DNA of 64,000 nucleotides from Spirochaetia bacterium (GTDB taxonomy: Bacteria; Spirochaetota; Spirochaetia; DSM-2461): NCBI GenBank assembly GCA_963668315.1, contig OY764216.1, positions 32,001 through 96,000 on the forward strand, in the 5' to 3' direction. Both the position numbers and the translations under genes were made by a program. Below the pieces are notes generated by a model. It searched no databases. It saw nothing but the letters and a program-made list of their open reading frames with translations, and was not told the DNA's origin. Each line of letters begins with the position of its first letter. Positions within the stretch are counted from its first letter, which is position 1. Shown here piece by piece: positions 44,109 to 54,351 of this stretch.

Positions 44109-44951
44109 CTACTCCATCTGAGCGGCCAGATCGGCCTTTCCCGCCCGGCGGGCATAATCGGCGGGACGCATACCTTCTTCGTCCCGGATATCCGCTTCCG
44201 CACCGTAATCCAGCAGCAGCTGGACGATGCTCCAGTTTTCCGTTCTGGCGGCAAGCATGAGGGGGGAATAGCCCCTGTCGTCCCTGACGCTGTCCGGCTC
44301 CGCGCCCTTCTCCAGAATGAGCCGGCAGATATAATACTGCCCGTTCAGCACCGCCTCCACAAGGGGTTCCTGCTCCAGGGGAGCGGCTTTGAACCCGATG
44401 GAGAGATGGGCTCCCATAACGGAATAACCCGCGCGGCCGTTTCCCTTCCGTAGAAAAACCAAAGCCGCTCTCTTCTCAAAGGGACTGATAACCGATCCCC
44501 TTATCTCCATCTCGTCCCCTCCCAGAGGGGCGGAATTCACTTCCTTATATGTGCCGTCGTTGATATTCTTGAGCCTGATGCTTACCCTGTCGCTTTCGCT
44601 GAACAGCTCTATCTCGTAGAGGGAGCCTTGATAAACCAGGCGGTGCCCCTGCTGGGATGTTCCCCGGCTGCTGGCGGAAATTCCGTATTTTTTCAGGAGG
44701 GCACTTTTCTCTTCCGCCGAGGCCGTTCCCTCATAAACCATGGAATCGGTCACGAGGTCAACGATTTTCAGGATCTGCTCCTCGCTGCTGCCCCCGCCGA
44801 CTTTCTCGACCCAGCAGAAGTGGCCGTCCCGGGACCATCCGACGATATCCATGGACAGATGGAGCCCCTCGTCCCCTTCCTGAGCACTCAGGCTCACCAT
44901 GGACAGAAGGAGAAACAGGACAGCCGGGATGAAAGGATTTTTTTTTCCCAT
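44109..44951 (-). CDS. Exported protein with C-terminal ankyrin repeats
   Basis: Signal peptide (SLSA/QE). GYSPLMLAA...IVQLLLDYGA. Confidence 0.8.
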   Translation of the reverse strand: MGKKNPFIPAVLFLLLSMVSLSAQEGDEGLHLSMDIVGWSRDGHFCWVEKVGGGSSEEQILKIVDLVTDSMVYEGTASAEEKSALLKKYGISASSRGTSQQGHRLVYQGSLYEIELFSESDRVSIRLKNINDGTYKEVNSAPLGGDEMEIRGSVISPFEKRAALVFLRKGNGRAGYSVMGAHLSIGFKAAPLEQEPLVEAVLNGQYYICRLILEKGAEPDSVRDDRGYSPLMLAARTENWSIVQLLLDYGAEADIRDEEGMRPADYARRAGKADLAAQME

Positions 44952-45014
44952 GGGAAGATTTTACTTCCTATAGTCCATTTACACAATCCCTGCAAAAAGA
45001 ATAGACTTGCGGCC

Positions 45015-46211
45015 ATGGAGCACTGGAAAAAAAATCTCTACACCGTTTGGGCTATACAAATTCTATCACTTTCCGGATTCAGCTTCGGGCTGCCTTTTCT
45101 CCCTTTTTACATACAGGAACTGGGGATTACCGAACCAGACAAGATAAAAGTATGGACGGGACTTATGGCGTCCCTTCCGGGATTGACTATGGGAATCATG
45201 GCTCCTGTCTGGGGGATGGCCGCCGACCGGTTCGGCCGGAAGCTGATGCTTATACGGGCCACTTTGTCGGGCACGATCATCATCGGAGCCATGGGGCTGG
45301 TCGTCCATCCCGAATCCCTCCTGGTCCTGCGTATCATACAGGGGCTCTTCACGGGAACCGTTTCGGCCTCGGCTACCCTGGTGGCCGCGGAGACCCCCCG
45401 GAACAGAAGCGGCTATGCTCTGGGCTTCCTTTCGTCCTCCACCTTCATCGGCCAGTCACTGGGCCCTCTGGCAGGCGGCCTGGCCGCCGAACAACTGGGC
45501 TACCGCTACAGTTTTTTCATCGGAAGCGCCATACTTTTCGTGGCCCTCCTTCTCTGCCTTTTTCTGGTCAGAGAATTACGGGCGGAAGAATCGGAAAGCG
45601 AGGAGCATCCCTCCTCGAACAGCGGGGGAGAGACGGCCTCCCTCAGGAAGCTCATCTTCTCCCTCCTCCCCCTTATGGCCATCCTGTACTTTCTGAGAAT
45701 AGGCCGGACCATGCCCTCATCCTTTCTTCCCCTGCGCGTTCAGGAGATAAGGGGCATGCTGGAAGGCTCCTCTCTGACCATGGGCTACCTGTCGGCCGGA
45801 GCGGGTATCGCGACGGCCTTTGCGGGCATCATCATGGGCCGCCTGGGCGACAGGGGCCATAAACTTCACCTTATCACCCTGTGCGCCCTGGGCGCCTGCC
45901 TCCTGGAGATTCCCCTTTCCCTCTCCCGGGGACTGATTCTGTTCGCCCTTTTTTATGTACTCCTCTCCTTTACCGCCGGAGGCATAGAACCGCAGCTCCA
46001 GGCGCTGATCAGCAGCAGGACACCCGCCAACAAAAGAGGCCTTCTGTTCGGCCTCCAGACCACCGTGGGCTCCCTCGGCTGGGCATCGGCTCCCATGATC
46101 GGTTCCTGGATATCGATCAATCACTCCTTCAGCGCGATTTTCCTCTTCGCCGGAGGATTTTTCATCTTCGCCGCCATTACGGGGGGAATCATCATGGTGA
46201 GGCAAAAATAA
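45015..46211 (+). CDS. MFS drug-efflux transporter (DHA1, MdtG-like)
   Basis: WKKNL, PFLPFYIQELG, WG..ADRFGRK.ML, RIIQG. Start trimmed to ATG 45015. Confidence 0.9.
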   Translation: MEHWKKNLYTVWAIQILSLSGFSFGLPFLPFYIQELGITEPDKIKVWTGLMASLPGLTMGIMAPVWGMAADRFGRKLMLIRATLSGTIIIGAMGLVVHPESLLVLRIIQGLFTGTVSASATLVAAETPRNRSGYALGFLSSSTFIGQSLGPLAGGLAAEQLGYRYSFFIGSAILFVALLLCLFLVRELRAEESESEEHPSSNSGGETASLRKLIFSLLPLMAILYFLRIGRTMPSSFLPLRVQEIRGMLEGSSLTMGYLSAGAGIATAFAGIIMGRLGDRGHKLHLITLCALGACLLEIPLSLSRGLILFALFYVLLSFTAGGIEPQLQALISSRTPANKRGLLFGLQTTVGSLGWASAPMIGSWISINHSFSAIFLFAGGFFIFAAITGGIIMVRQK

Positions 46212-46281
46212 CAGGATTCTGTTTTTTTCCTTAGAAAGCCGTGGTATAGTGTAATCAAGCCTTTTTAACCCGGAGACAAAC

Positions 46282-47580
46282 ATGAACAAATCTTCTACCC
46301 GCTTCACGCGGGAAGAGAAAAGCTGGATGATGTACGATTGGGCCAATTCCGCCCATTCCATCGTGGTGGTGACGATCCTTCCCATCTTCTTCATGTCCCT
46401 CTTCGAAGACAATACCGGCGCCGTTGCCACCTGGGGAAGCGTCACGTCGGCCTCCAAATTCCTGGTAGCCCTCATGGCGCCCGTGCTCGGGACTCTGGGA
46501 GATTTCAAAAGCATGAAAAAGAGGCTTCTCGCCCTTTTCATGACCATCGGCGTCCTCTCCTGCCTGGGCCTCTCGGGAATGCCCTTCGCGCCCAAATGGC
46601 AGCTTATCCTGGGACTTTACGCCCTGAGCAACATCGGTTTCGCCGGGGCAAACATCTTCTACGACGGCTTCCTCCCCGAAGTAACCTCGAACGACCGGAT
46701 GGACAGGGTCTCAGCCTGGGGCTTCGGCCTGGGGTATATCGGCGGCTCCACCATTCCCTTCATCGTGTTTCTGGTACTGTATATGACGATTCCCGCCGAC
46801 AAGGCCATGGCCATCTCCTTCGGATTGACCGGTGTCTGGTGGGCCGTTTTCTCCCTCCCCCTCCTCAAAAACGTGAGTCAGAATCACTACGTGGAGAGAA
46901 AGCGGGGTATGGTCGCCTCCTCCCTGAAGCAGCTCAGTGTGACAGTCCGGGATATTTACCGGAATAAAACCATGCTCTTCTTCCTTATCGCCTACTTTTT
47001 CTATATCGACGGGGTAAATACCATCATCTACATGTCCACCGCCTACGGTTCCACCCTCCACATCGACTCGACCCAGATGATGCTCGCCCTCCTGATGGTC
47101 CAGATCCTGGCCTTCCCCTTCGCCCTCCTTTACGGCTTCATGGCGGGGAAAATCGGGACAAGCCGTATGATATGGGTGGGGATTCTCGTTTATACGGGCA
47201 TATGTATTTTCGGCTTTTTCGTCAGGGAGACATGGCACTTCTGGATGCTCGCCGCTCTAGTCGCCACAAGCCAGGGAGGCGTCCAGGCCCTCTCGCGCTC
47301 CCTTTTCGGCAAGATGATTCCCGCCAGGGAACGGTCGAACGAGTTCTTCGGCTTCTTCGAAATATTCGGGAAATTCTCCGCCATAATGGGGCCCTGGCTC
47401 TTCGGATTCGCCACGCTGAAAGCCGCCGAGTATTTCCGGTCCCGGCAGCCCGGAATAGAGCAGTTTGATCTGGACAGATCGGCCGCCCCCTTCGGCGTGC
47501 TCAGCGTTCTGGTAATATTTATTATCGGGGCCGTTTTCTTTGCTCTGTATACAAAAGGGGAAAACAAAAAAAACACATAA
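46282..47580 (+). CDS. MFS transporter, UMF1/ATG22-like
   Basis: WMMYDWANS, FYDGFLP, QGGVQALSRS, EFFGF...GKFSAIMGP. Confidence 0.9.
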   Translation: MNKSSTRFTREEKSWMMYDWANSAHSIVVVTILPIFFMSLFEDNTGAVATWGSVTSASKFLVALMAPVLGTLGDFKSMKKRLLALFMTIGVLSCLGLSGMPFAPKWQLILGLYALSNIGFAGANIFYDGFLPEVTSNDRMDRVSAWGFGLGYIGGSTIPFIVFLVLYMTIPADKAMAISFGLTGVWWAVFSLPLLKNVSQNHYVERKRGMVASSLKQLSVTVRDIYRNKTMLFFLIAYFFYIDGVNTIIYMSTAYGSTLHIDSTQMMLALLMVQILAFPFALLYGFMAGKIGTSRMIWVGILVYTGICIFGFFVRETWHFWMLAALVATSQGGVQALSRSLFGKMIPARERSNEFFGFFEIFGKFSAIMGPWLFGFATLKAAEYFRSRQPGIEQFDLDRSAAPFGVLSVLVIFIIGAVFFALYTKGENKKNT

Positions 47581-47647
47581 TCGCAAAGAAAAAAATATTT
47601 TTTCTGTTTGCATAATAATACATATTACACTATCCTTATCGTTGTAT

Positions 47648-49309
47648 ATGAAGGTCGTTCAGCTAGACTCGGAATACATATTCAAACACCAGGTTCAGAT
47701 CATTGAACAAAACCTCCCTCTCATTGTTGAGAATGTGAAAGGTTCACGCAAGAGGATGAGGGAGGACAGGCTTAAGGATTTCCTGGCCCATCCCGGTGTT
47801 CTGGATAAATATAAATTCTATATTTCCGAGGACAATATACAGCTGTGGCGACGGATATGCACGACCCGCCTGAATTTCCCCGTCGACGACAATCTGGGCT
47901 CCATCCCCAATCTTGACGGAAGCAAACTCATTTCGGAGTTTAAAAGGATAAGCGGGACTCCCCTTAAGGAACGGATTAATCATCTGACCTATGAACATCA
48001 TATACTGAATAAGATGCTTCTTCAGAAGAAGGGCCGGATAGACCGGGAAGTGGCGGAGACGGTATTCCCCATTTCCAAATCGGCCACACTCATGGCCGGC
48101 GTGGCCATGTCCGATAAAAAACGGCTCAACGGGAAGTCGGACGAACAACTGGGTATGGTTGTCAGTGAGTCTTCCAAGACCATTTTAGCCATTTCGGAAG
48201 CCATAGGAAACAACAGCTATACCCTCAGGGAATTCACCGCCATGGCCGAGTTCCGCCAGTCCGACACCGTCGCCCACTGCTGCCGCGTCTTCCATATGTA
48301 TTCCGACCTTCTCTACTACTACCACAATACGATGAACGGCAAGGATACAAGAAAGGCGCTCATCGAATCCATTGAAAACAAGTGCGACGAATATTACCAC
48401 TTCTACCACTCCTTCATTCCCCATAAGAGGATGACAAAGGTCAGCGATGTGTTCGAAGGCTCCCTCCCCTTCCTTAAGAAAGAGGAGATTACCACCCTGT
48501 CCCTGGCGGCAGCCTACCACGACCTGGGAAAAATCGTGCGGCTGGACTATTACGAGAGCGACAAACCCCGGGACGATACGGTCATAGAGCAGCACCCTTA
48601 CGAAATATTCGAAATGCTCAGCCTCATTCCCAACGAAAGAAGCATCGGCCTGACGGCCAGCATGCACCATGAGATGTACGGCGGAGGATACGGCCCCTAC
48701 GCCTCACTGGGGGGCACCTATTTCGCCACCCACCCCAAAGAGAACATAGACTACATCATTACGAATGATATCACCCCCGTCCTCCAGGAGGAAAAGCGGT
48801 ATATCCCCGGCTACTTCCCCGCCAAATTCCTTGAAATATGCGATATCTACGATGCCCTCCATAATAAGAGAGGGTATAAGACGGCCAAGCCGGTCAGTTC
48901 CGTCCTGACCATCATGGGGGAGGATTTCTTCAACCCGAACCGGTTGAAGACGACCGTGGACGAGCTGGAAGATCTCTGCTTCGGGAAGACCTACTGGAAC
49001 CGCTACTTCATAAAGGACCTGGATTCATCGCTCTACGGTATCAAACCTTACGCCAAACATACGATTACCCACGACCTGGAGACGCTCTTTCCCCGGGTTA
49101 AACCCTATATCGGCCAAGGGAAAAAGCTTCGCTCCCTGCCCAAAAAAGTCAAATCCACCATACTGGCCTACCAGGCTCTCTTAAGAATGCAGAACAAGAT
49201 CATCCGCAATCCGGGGATGCTCGATCCGATTCTCTTTGACATATTCATCGATTATATCGCACAGATCGAAGAGAAGGATTATTCACGCTATAAATACAGC
49301 GCGGCCTGA
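47648..49309 (+). CDS. HD-domain phosphohydrolase (atypical HD-GYP-like)
   Basis: HCCRV, YHDLGK, HHE.YGGGYGP, ICDIYDAL...RGYK, LDP. Start set at ATG 47648. Confidence 0.75.
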   Translation: MKVVQLDSEYIFKHQVQIIEQNLPLIVENVKGSRKRMREDRLKDFLAHPGVLDKYKFYISEDNIQLWRRICTTRLNFPVDDNLGSIPNLDGSKLISEFKRISGTPLKERINHLTYEHHILNKMLLQKKGRIDREVAETVFPISKSATLMAGVAMSDKKRLNGKSDEQLGMVVSESSKTILAISEAIGNNSYTLREFTAMAEFRQSDTVAHCCRVFHMYSDLLYYYHNTMNGKDTRKALIESIENKCDEYYHFYHSFIPHKRMTKVSDVFEGSLPFLKKEEITTLSLAAAYHDLGKIVRLDYYESDKPRDDTVIEQHPYEIFEMLSLIPNERSIGLTASMHHEMYGGGYGPYASLGGTYFATHPKENIDYIITNDITPVLQEEKRYIPGYFPAKFLEICDIYDALHNKRGYKTAKPVSSVLTIMGEDFFNPNRLKTTVDELEDLCFGKTYWNRYFIKDLDSSLYGIKPYAKHTITHDLETLFPRVKPYIGQGKKLRSLPKKVKSTILAYQALLRMQNKIIRNPGMLDPILFDIFIDYIAQIEEKDYSRYKYSAA

Positions 49310-49375
49310 AAAACACTACACAAAACCTAGAAAAAGTATTATTTTAAAACCACTCTACAAAAAAAGAGGTAAGAA

Positions 49376-50338
49376 ATGGGTAAGAAAGATCTTGTCGGCG
49401 GCTCTCTCTGGGATAATTATTCCCAGAAAGTAGCAGACCGAATGAATAATCCTCGCAACCTGGGGGAGATAACGAAAGAAGAGGCCGAGTCCCTGAATGC
49501 CAAACTTGTGGTGGCGGACTGGGGAGCCGAATCATGCGGAGACGCCGTAAGACTTTACTGGGCTGTGGAAAAGGGTTCCGATAAAATTGTCAAAGCCTCT
49601 TTCAAGAGTTTCGGCTGCGGTACGGCCATAGCATCCAGCGATATGATGGCCGAACTCTGCCAGGGAAAAACCGTGGACGAAGCGGTCATGATAACAAATC
49701 TCGACGTGGAGAAAGCCCTTCGGGACGATCCGGACATTCCGGCGGTCCCCCCTCAGAAGATGCACTGTTCCGTCATGGCCTACGATGTGATAAAACAGGC
49801 CGTTGCCGTTCACAAGGGCATCGACCGTTCCTCCCTCGAAGAGGAAGAGATGGTCTGTGAGTGCGCCCGTGTCACCCTGGGCACCATCCAGGAAGTCATC
49901 AGACTGAATGATCTCAAGACCGTGGAAGAGATCACCGCCTATACCAAAGCGGGGGCTTTCTGTAAATCCTGCATCAAACCGGGCGGACACGAACAGAGAA
50001 AATATCACCTTGAGGATATACTGCGGGACACCAGGGAAGCGATGGAAAGGGAAAAGGCGGAAATCGCCGCCCTCAAGCCGGAGTTCTCCCATATGAGCCT
50101 CTACCAGAAAGGCAGGGCCATAGACGCGTTTCTCGATGCCGAAGTACGCCCCCTGCTGCAGAACGACGGAGGCAATATGGAAATTGCCGATCTCAAGGAA
50201 GTGGATGGCAAGGTCATTGTCCAGATAGCCTATCAGGGAGCCTGTCTGGGATGCGCCAGCGCAACAACGGGGACGTTCAACTTCATAGAGAACGCCTTGC
50301 AAGAGAAGATCAGCGACAATATTGTCGTTACCATGTAA
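49376..50338 (+). CDS. nifU: Three-domain NifU Fe-S scaffold
   Basis: CGDA, FGCG, KMHCS (IscU-like). CEC...AFCKSC (2Fe-2S). LQNDGGN, GACLGC (Nfu). Confidence 0.95.
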   Translation: MGKKDLVGGSLWDNYSQKVADRMNNPRNLGEITKEEAESLNAKLVVADWGAESCGDAVRLYWAVEKGSDKIVKASFKSFGCGTAIASSDMMAELCQGKTVDEAVMITNLDVEKALRDDPDIPAVPPQKMHCSVMAYDVIKQAVAVHKGIDRSSLEEEEMVCECARVTLGTIQEVIRLNDLKTVEEITAYTKAGAFCKSCIKPGGHEQRKYHLEDILRDTREAMEREKAEIAALKPEFSHMSLYQKGRAIDAFLDAEVRPLLQNDGGNMEIADLKEVDGKVIVQIAYQGACLGCASATTGTFNFIENALQEKISDNIVVTM

Positions 50339-50344
50339 ACAATT

Positions 50345-50977
50345 ATGATAGAATACGTCTATGAATCCAATATAGACGACCGGGTTCTGGACCGGGCCGA
50401 TAGAATTTTAAAAAATGACGGTCTGGTCGCCTTCCCCACCGATTCCAGCTGGGCTATCGGGGGAAGCGTTACATCGAGGGAAGCCATTGAGAAACTGAAA
50501 AAGCTCAAGGGCGGCCTGAAGAACTACACCATCAGTATGATCTGCCGGGACATATCCCAGATGAGCGACGTGGCCAATATCAACACGCCCGATTTCAAAC
50601 TGATTAAAAGGCTGACACCCGGAGCCTATGTCTTTATCCTGCCCGCCCGCAATCATATAGAGAAAATCGTCAACATGAAGCGGGTGGAGATAGGGCTGCG
50701 CATTCCCGAAAGCCCCATTCCCCTGGCCCTGGTGGAAAAGCACGAGTCTCCTATTTTTTCCGTAACGGCCTGCCGGGACATGAACAACAAGGAGTGGTGG
50801 GACTACGCCTTCGCCGAAGAGCAGCTCTTCGAGTACGGCTGGGAGCTGGAGGATATCAAGGGTGTGGAGATGGTGATCGATACGGGGGAAGCCCAGGAGA
50901 AACACCTGACCACGGTTATCCGCATGACCGGCGATGAACCGGAAATCATCCGGGAAGGGCGGGGACCTCTGCCGTAG
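50345..50977 (+). CDS. Sua5/YciO/YrdC family protein
   Basis: VAFPTDS, PG.Y.FIL, IGLRIP, TTVI, IREG.G. Confidence 0.9.
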   Translation: MIEYVYESNIDDRVLDRADRILKNDGLVAFPTDSSWAIGGSVTSREAIEKLKKLKGGLKNYTISMICRDISQMSDVANINTPDFKLIKRLTPGAYVFILPARNHIEKIVNMKRVEIGLRIPESPIPLALVEKHESPIFSVTACRDMNNKEWWDYAFAEEQLFEYGWELEDIKGVEMVIDTGEAQEKHLTTVIRMTGDEPEIIREGRGPLP

Positions 50978-51081
50978 AAGCACCTTTCTATTTATTGCGT
51001 GCAAAATTACAAAACTGAAACTTGTGCAATAGCCTTTTCTCTGTTATCATTTTTCCCGTTCACAATTACATTTTATGATAC

Positions 51082-52044
51082 ATGAGAAAGGAGGCTCCTT
51101 TGATTAAGGCTGAAAACCTGACAAAGAAATATGGCCGTCATCTGGCTGTTAATGATATCAGCTTCTCCATTGAAAAGGGAGAAGTCATCGGATTCCTCGG
51201 TCCTAACGGAGCGGGGAAGAGCACGACCATGAACATGATGTGCGGCTGTCTGGCTCCCTCGGAAGGTAAAATCACCATAAACGGTATCGATATCATGGAT
51301 GAACCGGAGGAGACCAGAAAGTATGTGGGCTATCTGCCCGAGCAGCCGCCTCTCTACTTCGAGATGACCGTTTACGAATATCTGAAATTCGTGGGAGAAT
51401 TGAAAAAAGTTCCTTCCCCGCAGATAAAGGACGATATAGAAAGAATCGTCAGCCTGGTGAAGATCGACGACGTGAAGCACCGCCTTATCCGCAACCTTTC
51501 CAAAGGCTACAAACAGAGAGTGGGAATAGCCCAGGCTCTTATGGGAAATCCCCCCATTCTGGTTCTGGACGAACCTTCCGTCGGTCTCGACCCCAAGCAG
51601 ATCATCGAAATCCGCAATCTGATCAACGAACTGAAAAAGGACCATACACTCATTATCAGCTCCCATATTCTTCCCGAAATCTCCGCCGTCTGCGACCGGG
51701 TCCTGATTATCAACAAGGGAAATATCGTCGCCTCCGATACGCCGGAAAACCTTTCAAAGCGCCTGACCGGAACCAACAAGGTCTACCTGAGGATAAAGGG
51801 GGAAGAGGGAGCGGTCAGATCCGCCCTGGCGCCCCTGGCCCCGGAGGATAAACTGATCATATCGCCCTGCAAGGACGAAGAAGCCCTGGATGTCACGGTG
51901 GAAGCCGAAGGGGACGAGGATATCCGGGAAAAGGTTTTTTTCGCCCTGAGCGGCAAGAACCTGCCCCTTCTGCAGATGAGACCCATGGAGATGAGCCTTG
52001 AGGACATCTTCCTGAATTTGACGACCGTGGAGGAGAAGGAATAA
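51082..52044 (+). CDS. ABC transporter ATPase (GldA-like)
   Basis: GPNGAGKS, LSKGYKQRVG, LDEP, SSH. Confidence 0.95.
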   Translation: MRKEAPLIKAENLTKKYGRHLAVNDISFSIEKGEVIGFLGPNGAGKSTTMNMMCGCLAPSEGKITINGIDIMDEPEETRKYVGYLPEQPPLYFEMTVYEYLKFVGELKKVPSPQIKDDIERIVSLVKIDDVKHRLIRNLSKGYKQRVGIAQALMGNPPILVLDEPSVGLDPKQIIEIRNLINELKKDHTLIISSHILPEISAVCDRVLIINKGNIVASDTPENLSKRLTGTNKVYLRIKGEEGAVRSALAPLAPEDKLIISPCKDEEALDVTVEAEGDEDIREKVFFALSGKNLPLLQMRPMEMSLEDIFLNLTTVEEKE

Positions 52045-52910
52045 TGCTGGCCGTACTGAAAAAAGAGTTCAAAACCTACTTCATTACACCGGTAGGATAT
52101 ATATTTATGGGACTGTTCCTGCTTATCGCGGGTATCACCTTTGTAACGGGTAATGTCTTCTCCATGAATGAGAACTACGCCCAGGGTACTCTGAGCGGGC
52201 TTATCATGGTCTTCGTACTGGCCATTCCCCTCCTTACCATGAGGATTTACACCGAGGAGCAGAGGCAGAAGACCGAACAGCTGCTCATGACCGCTCCCGT
52301 TCCCACCTGGCAGATTGTCCTGGGCAAGTTTCTCGCTGCCTCCCTTCTTTTCGGCCTGACCCTGGTCATTACGGTCATCTTCCCCATACTGCTCTCCTTT
52401 CACGGAAGGATGGAGTGGGCCGTCATCATCGGAACCTATATCGGCTTTTTCCTGCTGGGGTGCGCCTTCACATCGATCGGTGTTTTCGTTTCCTCTCTGA
52501 CGGACAGTCAGGCATCGGCCGCCATCATCACCCTCTTTCTCGTTCTCATAACCTGGATGGTGGATTTCATTGCCAGCTACATGCCCAAAAGCAGTCTTTC
52601 GGGCATCGTCTTCGCCCTGGCCATAGCCGTGATCCTGGCTCTGCTTGTCTACAACTCCTCCCGGAACATTCCCGTATCGGTTATTGTTCTGGCCGCCGGA
52701 CTGGTCATCATCGGCCTGATATTCCTTATCAGCAGGGACGTGTTCCCCGGACTGATTACCAAAACCCTTCAGTGGTTTTCCCTGACAAGCCGTTTCAGCG
52801 ACTTTCCCCGGGGAATTCTCAAGCTGGCCGACATGGTCTATTACCTCTCCTTCTGCGGCTTTTTCATATACCTGACCAGCAGAAGAATCGAAAAGAAGAG
52901 ATGGAGCTAA
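52044..52910 (+). CDS. ABC-2 permease (GldF-like)
   Basis: KEFKTYF.TP.GY, PLLTMR...EE, LL.TAP, VLGKF. Confidence 0.92.
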   Translation: MLAVLKKEFKTYFITPVGYIFMGLFLLIAGITFVTGNVFSMNENYAQGTLSGLIMVFVLAIPLLTMRIYTEEQRQKTEQLLMTAPVPTWQIVLGKFLAASLLFGLTLVITVIFPILLSFHGRMEWAVIIGTYIGFFLLGCAFTSIGVFVSSLTDSQASAAIITLFLVLITWMVDFIASYMPKSSLSGIVFALAIAVILALLVYNSSRNIPVSVIVLAAGLVIIGLIFLISRDVFPGLITKTLQWFSLTSRFSDFPRGILKLADMVYYLSFCGFFIYLTSRRIEKKRWS

Positions 52911-52914
52911 GATA

Positions 52915-54351
52915 ATGAAATTGACACTCAACTTCAAAGCCAAACAGGCCGCCATGGCCACAGTCTCACTGATTCTGATCATAGCGGGAATCATCGTCCT
53001 TAACCTGATCGTGGAAAAAATCCCCGCCCAGTGGGATATGACCAATAAAAAGCTCTACTCCCTGACGGAGGACACGGAGGATATCCTTTCCGGATTGTCC
53101 AAGGATATCACCATCTATGCCCTCTTCACCGCGGGACAGGAAGCGGACGATATCATGGAAGTCCTGAATCTTTACGATAAGGGCTCCAGAAACATCACCG
53201 TCGAGGTGATCGATCCCGATAGAAACCCGGGACTTCTCAAACGCTTCCAGGAAGAGGAAGACACCGAATTGGGCAAGGGCAGCCTGGTGGTTTTCTCCGA
53301 CGCCTATTTCAAGGTCATTCCCTACATGGATATGTACGATACGAGCTATAATCAGCAGGGACAGATGCAGGTTTTCGGCTTCGCCGCGGAACAGAGAATC
53401 ACCTCTGCCGTCTCCTATGTAGATACGGGCTACAGCCCCAAAGTGTATGAGATTGCAGGACATTTCGAAAACACCCTGGAAGACCTCTCCCTCACCACGG
53501 CGGTGGAGAAGTCCAATTTCCAGATCGGCGAAGTGAATCTGCTCAGGGACGGGGGGATCCCCTCCGATGCCGATGTGGTCATTCTCAACTCGCCCAAGTC
53601 CGATTTCAACCCGGAAGAGATCAAACTCCTTAAGAGTTATCTGGACGGAGGGGGGCATTTATTCATCGCCCTGGAACTTACCCAGGAGCCGCTGACCGCC
53701 CTCTACTCCCTGCTGGCGGATTACAATATTGCCGTAGAGTATGGATACACATTTGAAAAAGATACGAGCCGGCTGCTTCCCGGCAGCTCTAACAACCCGG
53801 TCTTTTTCTCTCCCACCATTGAAGACCATGACATCACATCACCCCTCATCGAGAATGATCTCGATCCCTTCTTTTATTATGCCATGGGCATCGGGTCAAC
53901 GGAAAATCAGGTGCGCAATATCAAGGTGGAACCCCTCTTTACCTCTTCGGCCAAATCTTTTCTGAGAACCGATCTTGAGAACCGCTCGGAGGCCATGACT
54001 GGTGCGGATATCGCCGGCCCCGTCACCGTTGCCGCCGCCGTCTATCAAACCAGCCGGGACACCGGTTTTCCCGAAGGGATGAAGATGGTGGTTTACACCA
54101 GCGGAAGATCCCTCGCCCCTCTGCCCGGTCTGGGACAGATCAAAGCGAATATGGATTTCTTCGTCGACTCGGTAAACTGGCTCAGTGATCAGGAAGACAG
54201 CATCAACATCAAGAGCAAGAGCCTTTACAGTCTGCCCCTGCAGATGAACGCGATCAACGCCTGGATCTACGCGGGCGTCGCCATTATCCTGATTCCTCTG
54301 ATCGTGGCCATCGCCGGTTTTGTCGTTCTGCACAGGAGGAAAAACCTCTAA
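52915..54351 (+). CDS. GldG-like ABC auxiliary protein
   Basis: D.T..K.YSL, IDPDRNP, N.DFF...VNWL. N- and C-terminal TMs. Confidence 0.88.
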   Translation: MKLTLNFKAKQAAMATVSLILIIAGIIVLNLIVEKIPAQWDMTNKKLYSLTEDTEDILSGLSKDITIYALFTAGQEADDIMEVLNLYDKGSRNITVEVIDPDRNPGLLKRFQEEEDTELGKGSLVVFSDAYFKVIPYMDMYDTSYNQQGQMQVFGFAAEQRITSAVSYVDTGYSPKVYEIAGHFENTLEDLSLTTAVEKSNFQIGEVNLLRDGGIPSDADVVILNSPKSDFNPEEIKLLKSYLDGGGHLFIALELTQEPLTALYSLLADYNIAVEYGYTFEKDTSRLLPGSSNNPVFFSPTIEDHDITSPLIENDLDPFFYYAMGIGSTENQVRNIKVEPLFTSSAKSFLRTDLENRSEAMTGADIAGPVTVAAAVYQTSRDTGFPEGMKMVVYTSGRSLAPLPGLGQIKANMDFFVDSVNWLSDQEDSINIKSKSLYSLPLQMNAINAWIYAGVAIILIPLIVAIAGFVVLHRRKNL

